Assembly: GCA_951406725.2 (NCBI GenBank)
Contig: OX597816.1
Coordinates: forward strand, 112,592,001 to 112,656,000
From: Octopus vulgaris
Lineage: Eukaryota
DNA length: 64,000 nucleotides
Direction of reading: 5' to 3'
Under the pieces are notes generated by a model that searched no databases, had not been told where the DNA came from, and saw nothing but the letters and a program-made list of their open reading frames with translations. Position numbers and translations under genes: made by a program. Below, one piece after another: positions 50,767 to 63,950 of this stretch (position 1 is its first letter; every line of letters starts with the position of its first letter).

Positions 50767-51741
50767 AATAAGGAGAAAGTGGAGAAGTAATTAATAAAAT
50801 TAATTATTAATTATAATATATATATATATATATTCTAAATTCCATCTTCAGCTTTAATAGTTTTTTTAAAGTGTTTATATGGTTCTCAGGTCAGATACTT
50901 TGGCTGTCTTATTTCTCTTGTTCATTTCTAAAAGGTTCTGAATGGCATTAGTTTAGTGAATCATAAACATTGGTTAATGATATAGTTTTACATCAATACT
51001 TTCATATATGTGTATGATCATAAGGTGTGAATAACAGTCAATAATCAAGGCAAGTATATTTTATATTTACAACTCAGTCTCTATTTATATCTCTTTATTC
51101 TAGAATATCAAATTAGAGAAATTTAAACATAAATTACTAATTGCTCTAATGTATAACTTTTGGTACAGTCTTTGTACCTCTGAAGTTATGTAACACATGA
51201 AAATTTAGTATTTCTCCTCTGGTAATTTTAATTATCATCCAGCTCTTCCCCCTCATCTTCATCTTTTAATGACCATTTTCCATGCTGGTATGAGTTGAAT
51301 GATTGAACAAGATCTGACAGTTTCAAGAACTATATCATGTTCTAATGTCTGCTTTGGCATGATTTCTATTGCTGGATGCCCTTTAAACTGCCAATCACTT
51401 TACAAAGTGTATTGGTTGCTTTTTTTTAATGGCACAAGCACTAGTAAGGTCAGCCTGCAGCTCACAAAACTAAGATCTTCTCTAATTGTGGGGGACTACA
51501 GCAGGGTGGGAAGTGACTTTATGTGAGAATATGAGAGACTAAAATATGGTTTGTTGTTGAGGAGCAACATGGCTACACACACAAGAGTAACTGGAGTGGA
51601 ATTGCTAATATTAATTGTATGTGTAAATACTTCATAAAGCTTACATGAATCTTGAAGAGCACTGTTTGCTTACACTAAACATTACACCACTATGTCACTG
51701 ATAGCTATGAATATGACATAATATATTGCTTTGTAAAAATA

Positions 51742-52034
51742 TTACAGAGATGTACTTGCGTAGCAAGTGACCTGATCTGAGATCGCGTGCTGGAACGAAA
51801 ACAATTGCAGTGTGGAAGGTGTTTATAAGCCATTTAAGAAACACACAAAAACCGTTAGATTCACTTCAACATTTAAATTTAATAAATGCAGCACAGAATT
51901 TTGTCAGTGAACAGGTCGCAGTCTCAGAGCGACGAAAATATTTTGACAAATTAAATTTAAATGTTGAAGTGAATCTAACAGTTTTTGTGTGTTTCTTAAA
52001 TGGCTTGTAAACACCTTCCACACTGCAATTGTTT
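51742..52034. mobile_element. Foldback element with 84-bp inverted arms (Penelope-like or MITE)
   Basis: Arms 51799-51882 and 51951-52034 with 2 mismatches; direct repeat TTTGTAAAAATA at 51730 and 52032. Confidence 0.75.
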
Positions 52035-53299
52035 GTAAAAATACATTTGAAGAAAACTTGTACTCACTATAAAATGATTGTTCTCTCCACACATACATAT
52101 ATCTTGTATTCTATCCAAATTATTTTGTATGCTATTGCAAAATTTCACTGTTCCATTTACGCAGTTTGGAAACAATTACTCTCACTCCTTGTTTCATTAC
52201 ATATACCAAAGTTTCCAACCTTGCTAAAATCATTGCAATTCAGACTAAATTATTTTCTTTGAATTTATATGTTGATTTTGTTCTTTATATAGGAATTAAT
52301 ATATTTCCTTTTCTTTCACTTTTTTGTTTGTTTTTGTTTTAGCTCTTACCTGAAATCCTTTATGGCTCTACTTTAGAGCTTCCTTATTGCTCTTTTGATT
52401 TATGATAATATGTTTGCAGCAGAGTAAAATTGATGTATATATTCATACTCAGATGGGGGAAAAGTATTAAATTTAGGAGCCTTATAAATATTTACACTTA
52501 AATACAAATATACTGCATATAAAGGAAGCTCAATTGATAAGGATGTATTTATATTGAGTTACTGAGTATATAATCAAATGAGATGCATGTATGTGTGCAC
52601 GTTTAATTATCTGTTTACATGTGTATGTGTTTAGGTATATATATATATATGTATATTTATATTTATATATATAATGTATATGTATACATATGCATATATT
52701 TTATATATTTATATATATGTAAATATGTGTAAGGTACATGTATATACGTATGTCTGTTTATATATATATATTTACATATGCATTTGTCTATATATGTAAA
52801 TATATATAAGGTACATGTATGTATGTGTGTATGTATCTATATGCATATACATATGTACAAACTCACATGCACACACACTCATATTATTTTGCTTCATTTT
52901 AGATTATTGCATATGTTTAGCAATGTATGCATATATGCATAGTTTTATACTTTTTATAAACCACAAGTATATGTTGAAAATGGAAAAAAAAATGACTATA
53001 TCAAATAATATTAGATTTAATCATCGCTACAATTCAATATGGTGTTTGATAAACATCATGTGTATAAATATTCATCTGCTCTAACAAGAAATTGATAAGG
53101 TCAGGCTTGAGAACAATACATTTCACTGATGGTTTATATGATGCAGGATTGACACACATATTGAAATGAAGCATTGCAATCTTGAACCCAAAGCAGCATG
53201 ATAATGAAATCATGATGGCAACATTCTATATATTCATTTAATTTTTTTTTTTTTTGCCCTTCATTTATCTTTTTTGCAAAGTAATTTTCATATGTAAGG

Positions 53300-53962
53300 T
53301 TTGAAATATCTGAAAGGATTAATTTTTTGTTTTTAATAAACTTTAAGAGCTTCGCAGTTTTGCTTCATTCTGCTGCCAAAATGTTCATATATGTCCCCTG
53401 TTTATTATGGCTTTGTTAGTTTTAGAGACTGCCATGCTTTACCATATTGCTCTATGATTCTATTGTGCCATGTTGGCTTAAATTCCAGCATATTTGTCCT
53501 TCTTTCATACACTCATATTTTGTCAAGATTGTAAACTTTAAAACAGTTTAGGTGATAGTTTTTTCAGTTAGCAAACACAGTCATTACTGGTTTTTCCATT
53601 TCATGGTATTTTAAAACTATTTATTGTTGAAAAACACTGCTGTTGCACTACTTTACTCTCTGCTTTTAACTAAAGCTCTAGATTAAATTTTTAGATTGTT
53701 ATAAAGAACATCTATGTCATATCTGGTCACTAACATAGTGTGTCATTATATGGTTGTTTGTACATTGCTGGAGGCTGGCTTACAGTTTAAGTGACTTCAA
53801 AAAATTACATATAGGATTAGTAAGAGGAAGAACATTATAGTTATAAGTGCAGTTATAGAAGTTTACTGTATGTAAAGCAGATAGATGGAAGAGACATTTG
53901 TATATATTGCTGACCAAACCAACAATATAAAAAAAAATGACAGATAAATAACAGTTCACCAT
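53300..53962 (-). pseudogene. Decayed LRR gene 19
   Basis: ORF 53780-53977: MVNCYLSVIFFYIVGLVS (signal-like), KC..NCTYNYNVLPL..FLKSLKL. Confidence 0.45.
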
Positions 53963-54299
53963 TTTATTAAAGAACATTATTTTAATGCCACATGTAAAAC
54001 TGTGTTAATATTTTTGTCTAGTTAACATTAATTGTATTTTTGAATAAAATTTATTTTTCAATTTTTCTTTTGTATATAATATAATTAAATTCTTTTCAAA
54101 AAGAAATGGAGAATTCCTTATAATGCTTTTAATAAAACTCTAAAAATAGTAAGGAATCTCAATAAAAGTTCAATTCAGTAGTTACAAAATTCAAAATCAA
54201 TGCTTTTAAACATAAATCACAAGAATTTTATTTGTTGGAACCATTAATAATGATTACATAATTGCTATTCCACCATTAAAGAAAAGAGAAATTATATGT

Positions 54300-55750
54300 C
54301 AACTTTATCTTCCTTCATTATGTTTAATACACCTTGTTTGAGGTTGAAATACTCTCTGAATCAAAATGCAAATGTACAACATGTTTTATGTCCATGTACA
54401 AATAAATACTTCTGAAATTGATAAAAATGTTGCACTATATACTTTACGGAATCTGTTTCTGTGGTATTCCTGTTATTCCATTAACTGATTTTTGGGCACC
54501 TCAGCAGAATCTACTCTGCAGCAAGCATTCAAACCAGGTTTTGTAGTCTGAGATCATCATGATCTTTCTCTCACCAGTTGAAGGCCATGTAAAGAGATCA
54601 TGGGTGAACTTCTTTCTCTTCTCACTAAGCCATAAAAAAGAATTAACTAGGTCATACTACTAAGTTGTCAGTTTAAACTTGGCTATTCAGTAATCTAAGA
54701 CTGATACAATAAGAATAGTGTACTCAAGTTATGTACTGACTATAACCACTTTTATTTATACATGATCTTACAAGTCACTGAGGGAGTTTTTAAGTAGTTG
54801 CTTAACTTTTTAAAGCCAATTATCAAATCTTCCTCAAATGAAACCCTTCCATTTTAAAAATAGGCATATTTGGTAATGTAATCTGGGAAACGACACCTGA
54901 ATAAAAGATGATCATAGCTGGATTGCTTTTGATTATAAGTAAAATTGATTAGGGTCAATAACAATGAAAAGATATAGTTCTTCATGAATATATTAATATT
55001 TATTTGTATTGTCCATTGTATCTTTAATCATGCTTTTGTAAGAAAACAAAATTCCTTACTGCGTGGTTCCATGTTTGATCTCACTGCATGACACCTTAAG
55101 CAAGTGTCTTCTATTATAGCCATCGGCCAACCAAAGCCTTGTGAATGGATATAGTAGACAGAAACTGAAAGAAGTCTATTGTGTGTGTGTCTGTCTGTGT
55201 GTTTGTCTCCCATGACCACTTGACATCTATTGGTTTGTTATGTCTATGTAACTCAGTTGTTTAGCAAGAGAGACCAATAGGCTTAAAATATATAAGTATT
55301 TTATTCAATTAGTTTGAATAAAAACCTTCAAGTCAGTACACCGTGGCTACCGTCCAGTAACTGAAGCAAGTAAAAGACAGCAGATAATCTGTTTCTAAAT
55401 TAACTATAATTAAAATATGAAGCTATTCTTCACATTGGAGGCAAAATGCCACTGTATGTACATATTCTACAGTCAAATCTGTCTCCTGAAACTACATTGA
55501 ATTTGGCTCTTTTCAATTTGCAACTCTACCAACTCCACTTAACTTTACTTAATGCACATACCACTTTTTCAACTTTCAGACCAAGTATGAATCTTATCTT
55601 CAATCCATTCTTGTTCAAAGTGCAACTTTATAGAAATTATTGCCCACCTATAGTACCCACAACACCTATTGACCCTGTGTGTGTAACAATTCAAAATTAA
55701 ACATGAATTGCATTCACTTAACTTATGTATCTTGAAACCCTGTGCTAGAA
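54300..55750 (+). pseudogene. Decayed LRR gene 20
   Basis: KCKC (~54364); YTLRNLFLWYS; HDLSLTS; SLNLA; TLNLA; LTLLNAHTTF; NLIFNPF/CSKCNF (~55590); PVCVT. Confidence 0.55.
55040..55378 (+). mobile_element. SINE family A, diverged
   Basis: Homology to family A body and tail. Confidence 0.8.
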
Positions 55751-56079
55751 GGACTTAATAAACTCTGAGCAATGTCTTTCTTGTCGATATAACATTGTTT
55801 GTCTTTGTTATGCATTATATTTAATACTTCTGGAATCTATTAACACTATTGTTCTTATCAAAGACATACCATCTATGACCATCCCATGTTATTTTCAGGA
55901 ACTTCACTAGCCAATATGACCTTCTAGGATGTGATTTGAGGGAGATTCTTGCAGCTTACTAACCACATAGAAGCACATTCATTGGCTTATTAGTTGTGGA
56001 ATTTTCTAATTGATAGGTGATGAGAAAGTGGATTAAATAAATGAGTAGACATATAATAACCTCAATTCTGTTGTATTTG

Positions 56080-57400
56080 TCATTAAAGATTTATTATTTA
56101 GCACGTTTTGAACCAAGAGTGTAATTTCACATTGTAACTGTTTTCGAGTGTATGAGCATTTTGCATTGGAAAGACAACAGAGTTAGAATCATGTAATTGA
56201 CTTACAAATGTCTTTATATAGTTAGTGGTTTGGCCTTTATTGTTAGGGTGAAAGTATTTGAATGATGTACAGTTATGGAGTTGCCTACTTCACTTAATGA
56301 AGATGCCTCTTGAATTTAACTATTTTGATTTCTTTGTTCAAATTATATGTCAATGATATATATCAAAGCTGATTTTGTCATTGAGTAGATTCAGATTACC
56401 TGTCTCTCTATCTCATGAGAATAAAACACTGGTCCAACATGTGAGACACAAATATTTTGGTTTACATTGAATATCAGTAATCAGTTGGTGTTTAAGCTAC
56501 AGCTGTCCTGTCTTGTTGACATAAGATTTGAATTTTATAAAAATGTTTGAAGTTTAAAAATAGAAAATTTGGTGAGAAAGATATGACTTGTCTTATATTT
56601 ATCTTTGCTGACTTTGATAAAGAATAAAAGTATATGCTAAATCATGACGAAAATATAAGACTTTAGATTTAGATTTTTGGTATAAATCTTATACACTTAT
56701 TGGCACTTTGTGTTAAAAATTATAATCTCTGTTCATGAACATTTTCATGTTCTATTCATATTAGACATTATGCATATATTTTGTTTTGTGAAACTTTATA
56801 AATATTGTGAACATAAATAAGAAGCCAAGTAGATAACAAACTCAACAATGTATATTATATTAGGAATTTTACAAAACTTTATTTCAAACCTGTTTATTAG
56901 AAACTAATCTATATAAGAGATATATCTCAAACTTGTTGAAATTGTACTTCAATAAATCAAAGTGATTTATTTCAAATTGAGTGAAGTAATATGCTGCTTG
57001 CAAATGCATCTATTCATTTTTCCAAAGTCTGTATTTTAACAATATTGAATTTTTTCAAAATAGATATTTGATTCTAACAAAGTACTTTCCATTTTAACTT
57101 GATTTTCATATTCCTGCTTTAAACTGTAAGTGGTTTGGTCTTCCATGTGATATTTAACAGTTGTAATTATGCAACAACTGCAACAATAAGTTTATTTTCA
57201 ATTAAATCAAATGTATGCATTGCATAAAGTATCTTTATTTGTATATTCATTTTGAAGAAATAAGTCTTTGTTCTTATTTAACAAGGTCCAAGAAATTCAG
57301 TTGTTAAGGTTTTTGTTCAAGTCACCAAGATTTGCATGACCAAAACAGAGTTTTGAATAGTTTGTCAGGAGTGAGTGATAGATAAATAGTCCTAACAGAA
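56080..57400 (+). pseudogene. Decayed LRR gene 21
   Basis: SHCNC (~56127); MELPTSLNED..SNYMSMI..ADF; QITCLSIS; LVDIRFEFYKNV*SLKIENL (~56512); KTLDLD; FDSNKVLSI; NKVQEI. Confidence 0.65.
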
Positions 57401-57710
57401 CCATAATCTTGAGGTTGAAACCTATATATATATATATATATTGCTTTGTGTATAAGTTTGTGGGATAGAGCACACAAACACAGGAGTGATTGTAAGAAGC
57501 AAACTTAATGGCACAAATGTTAGATTTAAGTAAATGTGAAACACTAGACAGTTATTTCTAAAGAGAAAAATTCTATAGATTTATTAAAAAAAAGTTACAG
57601 CATAATAGTTAAAGGGTCCCTATAACTTTACGTTCTGCTTGAGAATTGTGAAGGTAATTCAAGGTGTACTTCTTTGAAATAGTATTTTGTATTAGCACTA
57701 CTAAGAGGTC

Positions 57711-57944
57711 CTAATCCTTTAGTGTTTAGGTTATTATATCAAATATTATATCAAACAATGCTTATTAATACACATCGTTTTGAATTAATCATGCTTTTGT
57801 CATCCTTCAGATATCAATGATATGATTGTTTACTGTATAATAACTTTGTAGGATAGCTGTGAGAGCCTGGATCTGGTCAATTTGAACATAAAACAAATGG
57901 AAAATTTTGACCAGATACGGCCAATTTAAATGCTAAAGGGTTAA
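57711..57944. mobile_element. piggyBac-type MITE family P1
   Basis: CTAATCCTTTAGTGTTT ... AAATGCTAAAGGGTTAA. Confidence 0.75.
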
Positions 57945-58049
57945 AAATCTTTGATATTGCATGTAATTTGTTTACTAAAGAAGCAAAATGTTTATATGGA
58001 AATAATGAACAGTAAAAAATTAATTGAATAAATAGTTTACAGTAATAAA

Positions 58050-60300
58050 CTAGGTTGTAGTTTCTCTAGGAGAAATTGCATGAATTCTGATTAAAAAACT
58101 GAATGTGTCTAACCTGGTAAACAACAGATGGGTGTCTCAGTGGATATTTATGTGCATCCAGTAAGAGACTGGTCAATTTATAGTGACATATAATTTCTTA
58201 TTCCGGCTAACACTATTATAGTATAAGGAACTTCCTACAACAAACAGAAATTTAAAAGTGTTTGTTTTATAAGTATTTTTCAGTGTTTTGTATAACTTTA
58301 TAACTATTTTGATTTTTCCTGCTACTTACATAATTTACAATGAAACTGACTATGACAATCAAATAGATATACTGAAGTCTTTTCCAGCCAGAATACAGAA
58401 ATTTTCATTGGAAACCAACAAAAAAATTACTGTATCATTTCCTAATGTTTCACTTAGTTTCTTCCTGCTAGCGCTTATAACTTGTTTACTTGTTCTTTGC
58501 TCACCTATAAATTATTACTTGTGTTTGCGTTTTGTTTTTACTTATTGACTTTTATGTGATAAATTCATAAAAGTTTACTTTTTCCGTGATTTATTCTGTC
58601 GTCTTCTACTTTGTCTTGTGCTTATTATGTTTGTTTATTTAAACAAACATAACATTCTACTCTTTCCTATACTTTACTTAAGTCTCAACTTCTTACAGAC
58701 ATACAGACACAAATTCTGAAGTGTGTATATGCAAGTGTTGGTTCCTTACGCATGTACACACATTTCATATATTTATGCATTCAAAATATATTTAGCTTAT
58801 TGAAAACAAATATTAAAAATAATATTTTATGAATTATGAATTATCCAGGGTTTTGTATGTGTGTGTGCATATATATATACACACACATTTGTGTATGTGT
58901 GTATATAAATATGTATGTATACGTGTGTGTGTGTATATATATAATATATATATGTGTGTGTGTGTGTGTATGTGTGTACACATGTATGTATGTATATAAC
59001 TTAAATTGTATACATTTGATTTCTCAAACTTTTTTTCAATGTATCTGCATTATTATTTCAAGAATTTATAATAATGATTGAATTGAATATTTGCATTTTT
59101 CATTTCTATGCCATAACATTATATATTTCCAAATCTTTTTCCCATCCCTGAAGTCTTCATGTTCTGTATTTTCTTACTTTTTGACAAGTGAATATTAAGA
59201 CTGCTATTTACAATTAACTGTCAAAGGAATCTTAGCTCTCAGAAAACTGCATCAGCTTTACAATATTATAAAGTCTCCAAAGAATATTTGAGGATTTTCA
59301 ATTTAATTTTTTTTATTTATTCATAGATATAAATGTATGTGTGTGTATGTTCTTTTACATTCCTTACTTTTGAGGTTTTTATGGCATGTTTTTCTCTTAT
59401 TTGATACTTTTGATTGCTGTGTATCAGTTCTATTATTGTAAAATTATTCAAAATTTTAACTGTAATTTTTATCAAAATTATATTATTTGTAACATGCATA
59501 CATTTATATAAATAAGATCTGATAATAATTAGAAAATAAGCAATATCTTGTTTCATAATAAGAGAATATTTAGTTAAAGTGCCTTGTGATAACTGTCCAG
59601 ATGTCTATATTCTGAGATCAAATCCTGCTCTGTCAGTGAAAAATTATGTTACTTTTGATAGAAGTTGCAAATGGCAGAGTGTATCAGCAAATTGAAAACT
59701 TAATAGTAACACTAATTCCTTGATTCAGTTGAAAAATGTACAGCCATTGTGTCATCATCAATTTAACATCCACTTTTCCATTCTCACATGGGTTGAATGG
59801 AATTTCTTTAGGCAGACTGTCTATGGCCAGATACTGTAAGGTAATATTTTACTGATGAAGATAGGAAACTAATGGCACTGCTTGCATGATGGTGTCATTT
59901 GTTTACAACTATTACATGAAGTCAAAACAAGGAGACAGTAAATGTATACACAACTTATATATATATTATTAAAAGCAGAGTCGAGTGAGCAAATTGTTTT
60001 ATAACATAAATTTACAATTGTTTCATTTGTTTTTGAACTCAAAAGTATTGGTATATTATATATATAATATATGCAACTATAGACTGACGCTGTATCATTA
60101 TATTGGTACAATCAAATGCCAGCTCTTTAGAATCTTGTTATCATACATTTGCAGCTAAAATTCAGTTGTATCGATATAATGATACCTCAAGACTATAGCT
60201 GCATATATCATATAACAGAGCAATAGTCTTGAGTTCAAATACCAGTGAAACAATTGTGAATTGATGTAATAAAACAATCTGCTTACTCCACCCTGCTTAT
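58050..60300 (+). pseudogene. Decayed LRR gene(s) 22
   Basis: ELPTTNRNLKVFVL (~58227); YDNQIDILKSFPARIQKFSLETNKKI (ORF 58288-58548); FPSLKS; LSENCISF; RL*LHISYNRAIVLSSNT (~60190). Confidence 0.55.
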
Positions 60301-60670
60301 TAATAATTATATTAATTCCACAGATATTATGGAGTTTCAGAAATATGATCCATAAAGAAAAAGTAGCAAGAATATGATTATAGAAACAGAGTGATTAGAT
60401 TAAGAGTGAGGTGGGGAGTGATGGATAGCAATAGAGTAAATGATGGGCATCAGTAACAGGTGACCTGGAGGAAAGACAGTTGATTACTGGCAGTATAGAA
60501 GGAATGACTAGAAGGAGCATTGGTGCTACCAATACTCATTATTCAGTAAATAGAAGAGAGAGCGAATCAAGACTGCTGGTAACAGAGATAAGTGATTGAA
60601 AGATTCATTATAAAGAGATGAATAGTATAATATGCACATCTTGTGCACGTGTGTGTATATATATATAGAG

Positions 60671-60710
<40 letters not shown>

Positions 60711-60748
60711 TATAATAATACATATAATACGTGTATATAATATATTTA

Positions 60749-61148
60749 GGTGCAGGAGTGGCTGTGTGGTAAGTAGCTTGTATACCAACCACATGGTTCC
60801 GGGTTCAGTCCCACTGCGTGGCATCTTGGGCAAGTGTCTTCTACTATAGCCTCAGGCTGACCAAAGTCTTGTGAGTGGATTTGGTAGACAGAAACTGAAA
60901 GAAGCCCGTTATATATATGTGTGTGTGTGTATATCTTTGTGTGTCTGTGTTTGTCCCCCCAACATTGCTTGACAACCGATGGTAGTGTGTTTACATCCCC
61001 GTAACTTAGTGGTTTGGCAAAAGAGACCAATAGAATAAGTACTAGGCTTACAAAGAATAAGTCCTGGGAGCGATTTGCTCGATTAAAGGCGGAGCTCCAG
61101 CATGGCCGCAGTCAAATGACTGAAACAAGTAAAAGAGAATAAAAGAGA
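60749..61148 (+). mobile_element. Full-length young SINE family A
   Basis: GGAGTGGCTGTGTGGTAAG..GGGTTCAGTCCC..GGCGGAGCTCCAGCATGGCCGCAGTCAAATGACTGAAACAAGTAAAAGAG. Confidence 0.92.
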
Positions 61149-61349
61149 GTTAGGTTTTATATATATATATGCATGCATACATATGTTAATTTTATTTTAT
61201 TGAAATTTAGTAACATTTTTTAAAAAAGTAATCACTATTGTTTTTTTTGTTTTTGCTTTTGTTTTTTCTTCAATTGAGAATTGAAAATTAAAGCAATGAT
61301 TGATATGAAAATAACTATGTAATGAAATTAGAAATACTCACAAAACTAA

Positions 61350-61910
61350 ACATACGGAGTAAATGAAGCTATGTAGTTCTGTGTATGTTGTAATTTATTT
61401 TATATTGAAACATCAATTTGGGCAAAATGAATGTTGATTGAAGCAATTAACTGAATTGCATATATACAAATGCTGTAAGGCAGTGATTTTGTTAATTTTA
61501 GTTGGAATACAGCAAATTAAAAACTTACGAAGAAAAATTCTGTAATCTGAGAGCAGGCAGATTATTTAATCTGTGTAAAGAAAAGTTAGAGTTAGAGAGA
61601 ATTTCTATTTGATGTTAAGTCTACATCAAATCTCCAAACCAAAAAAATAAAAAAAAACATTTAATTTAAAAAGTAATGAAGCTAGTAATGAGGATGAAAT
61701 GTCTTAATTGTACATTAAGTTTTATATTTGAAGTATAAACATGGATTGTAATAAGAATCTGGTTTGAAATATATTCCTGGAAAGCTTCAGTTTTATGTCT
61801 GTGTTTATAGAGATTGAGCTTAGAGTACTCTTCACTGGATTGTATTAAATATCGTGAAGATCCCTGCTCTTTGGAAAGAGTCAGTGAGGGAACATCTATG
61901 TGATGATTCA
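61350..61910 (-). pseudogene. Decayed LRR fragment 23
   Basis: ORF 61666-61911: IDVPSLTLSK; KTEAFQEY; QLRHFILITSFIT. Confidence 0.45.
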
Positions 61911-62498
61911 CTCCATTAGAAAAAGCAGCTAAATCTCTCTCTCTCTGTTTCTCTCATATCCTTCTGTCTTAATAGTTGGAACAAACTGGATAATTTTCAC
62001 TTTGATACACTGCATATTGGATATAAGAAGATACAATCCATTACAGTAGGTTTGCTTGGCTGTGGTTGACCTGAGGTTAAACATAAAAAAAAGAACTACA
62101 TTTCCTAAAAATCACATGTTGTTATTGACTGCTACATTTGAGTTGTAAAGAATTCAAAAATTGTTGATATCAATAATAAATCATTTTAGGATTTTTAGGG
62201 TGTTCATAGGGGTAAAGTTTGTGCTTTTGATCCCGGGTCAATCCTAATTAAACAAAATCATATTCAATGTCATTACAGCTATGACCACTGCATTTTTTCT
62301 ATATTTTGCCCCAATTTTTCATCTTAAGATGGTAGAGTAGGATCTGAAGGCATTTGGCTGTTATTTTTAGCAGTTTGATCATAAAATCCTTCATTTGACA
62401 ATATTTTGGGTTTTTCATGCATTTCTTAGTATCATAATTTCATTCAGTCTTCAAATTCTGGAGATGTAACACTGTTAGCATGAGTAGTTGCAGATGGT

Positions 62499-62724
62499 GT
62501 AACTCTTTTCATAATAACCCAGCTGATACTGTCCGTGGTTCTAAGGAACAAACTTACCATCTTAAAGTGATCTGCATTACAACCTTCCATCAAAATTTCA
62601 TGTTAATTCATCTTCCTAACACCAGCTTAATTATGGTGAAGCTGTTTTGATAAATTCTTAATTGTTTTCAAAATTAATTAAAAGGCAATGTATTTCAACA
62701 GAAATATGATAACAAAAAGGAGAA
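62499..62724. mobile_element. piggyBac-type MITE family P2, degraded
   Basis: Reverse-complement homology to 20715-20946. Confidence 0.6.
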
Positions 62725-63194
62725 GATTTAGATGATCTCTCATAGGCTGAGCAACTAATGTAGTTGCTGCCTCACTTGTTTGGAGGTCAGTGAATAGGTG
62801 TCATGCTGTGTTTTACAATTTTGCGACTAACCAGTGATTAATTGAGCTTATTGTTTAATTTTTTCAACAATAGTTTTAATGTTTTCATTTGCATAATATT
62901 GTATCATCTATTTCACTTCTTTTTCTAATATTGAATCTGATTCTAATATTTCTAAATATTTATCTCTCCTCCCTCCCCATCCACAACCCCAATTAATTTA
63001 TTCTCTAATGGTTGTTAGGCAATTTGAATATTTAGGAGCAAGAAGATTCTGAGAAGTTAGTAAAGATATTCTTGGCTTAAAGGAGAAAGGCTGGCTGTAA
63101 TTTAGATGTACAGGTTTGTCAGACTGTCTAGTATTTGAGAATATTTTTTTGTTCTTTGATAGTTTGTCAAGCATAAGTTATTGTTATTGATTAA

Positions 63195-63385
63195 CCTTAA
63201 GTCAGCCCTGATCAAGCACATGTAAAGACAAAGACATTCTAACCATGATCAGCCTGTCTTTTATTTGGGATAGTGTACCTTAGACTGCATCATCTAATGT
63301 AGCCATTAAGTAAGAGAATGATTTGGAGAGATTTGCTTGCTATTTTTGGTAGATATAGCAATGACATAGAGGCTTCCTCACTACC
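63195..63385 (+). repeat. Old interspersed repeat family E
   Basis: GTCAGCCCTGATCAAGCA..GACTGCATCATCTAATG..GATTTGGAGAGATTTGCTTGCTATTT; related copies near 6380-6570, 28240-28400, 30300-30490(-), 32960-33130(-), 54790-54960(-), 55850-55990, 62220-62390. Confidence 0.65.
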
Positions 63386-63479
63386 TCATTTTGTAGCAGT
63401 TATGGGAAATGAGTGAACACTGCAGTTTGAGAGAGTGAGTGATTCCTTCCAGGTTTTATTAGCAATACTCACTCTTTAC

Positions 63480-63950
63480 ATGTACTGTTACAGCACAGCT
63501 GTATTTTAGTATTTTAACCAGTGTGTAGTACAAAAAAAAAAAAAAACACAATGAAGAAATATGTGAACCTTGCTAATGAAAGCATTAAACATTTGGACAT
63601 TCTGAAGGAACATATTTCATACAAGCAGTTTGAATACACAAAGTAATTTTCCAATATAAAGTAATAGAAATGAGAAAATTACTGAATATTTGAGGTATTA
63701 GATAACTAATGCAAAAGACTAGATACTAATCTCAGATAAATTGGTCAAGGTCTGGATGCCATGGATACATGCTGTTCTGCATATATATTATCCTGTTCCA
63801 GCTAGGAAAAGTATGTTAAACTCTTGCTGTTGATCCAGTCAGCGATATCATACTGAATATGGAGAATTACAAATATATGAGAAGAGAATTTATTAATTGC
63901 CATATGCTGCAGCATGGTGCTTGCATTGAAATTTGTCTTAATAAAAGTCA
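63480..63950 (-). pseudogene. Decayed LRR gene 24
   Basis: INSKSLTYFS*LEQ/IYMQN; TLTNLSEISI (63751-63722); CISYLIPQIFSNF; MKYVPSECPNV*CFH*QGSHISSL (63620-63549). Confidence 0.7.

Larger units (their letters stand above)
49780..52200 (+). pseudogene. Decayed LRR gene 18, interrupted by mariner, RTE tail and foldback element
   Basis: FSTKSFSELLVL/LTLANRNAEISTL; SKLLSIRSLNCSFNMFVTLK (50119); NLEEHCLL (~51648); LRRCT-like YLVFYPNYFVCYCKISLF (~52098). Confidence 0.65.

Noticed and set aside
54548-54610. bantam-like seed TGAGATCAT with nearby hairpin
   Set aside because: Match limited to 9 nt, irregular hairpin, and the region is better explained as an LRR fossil
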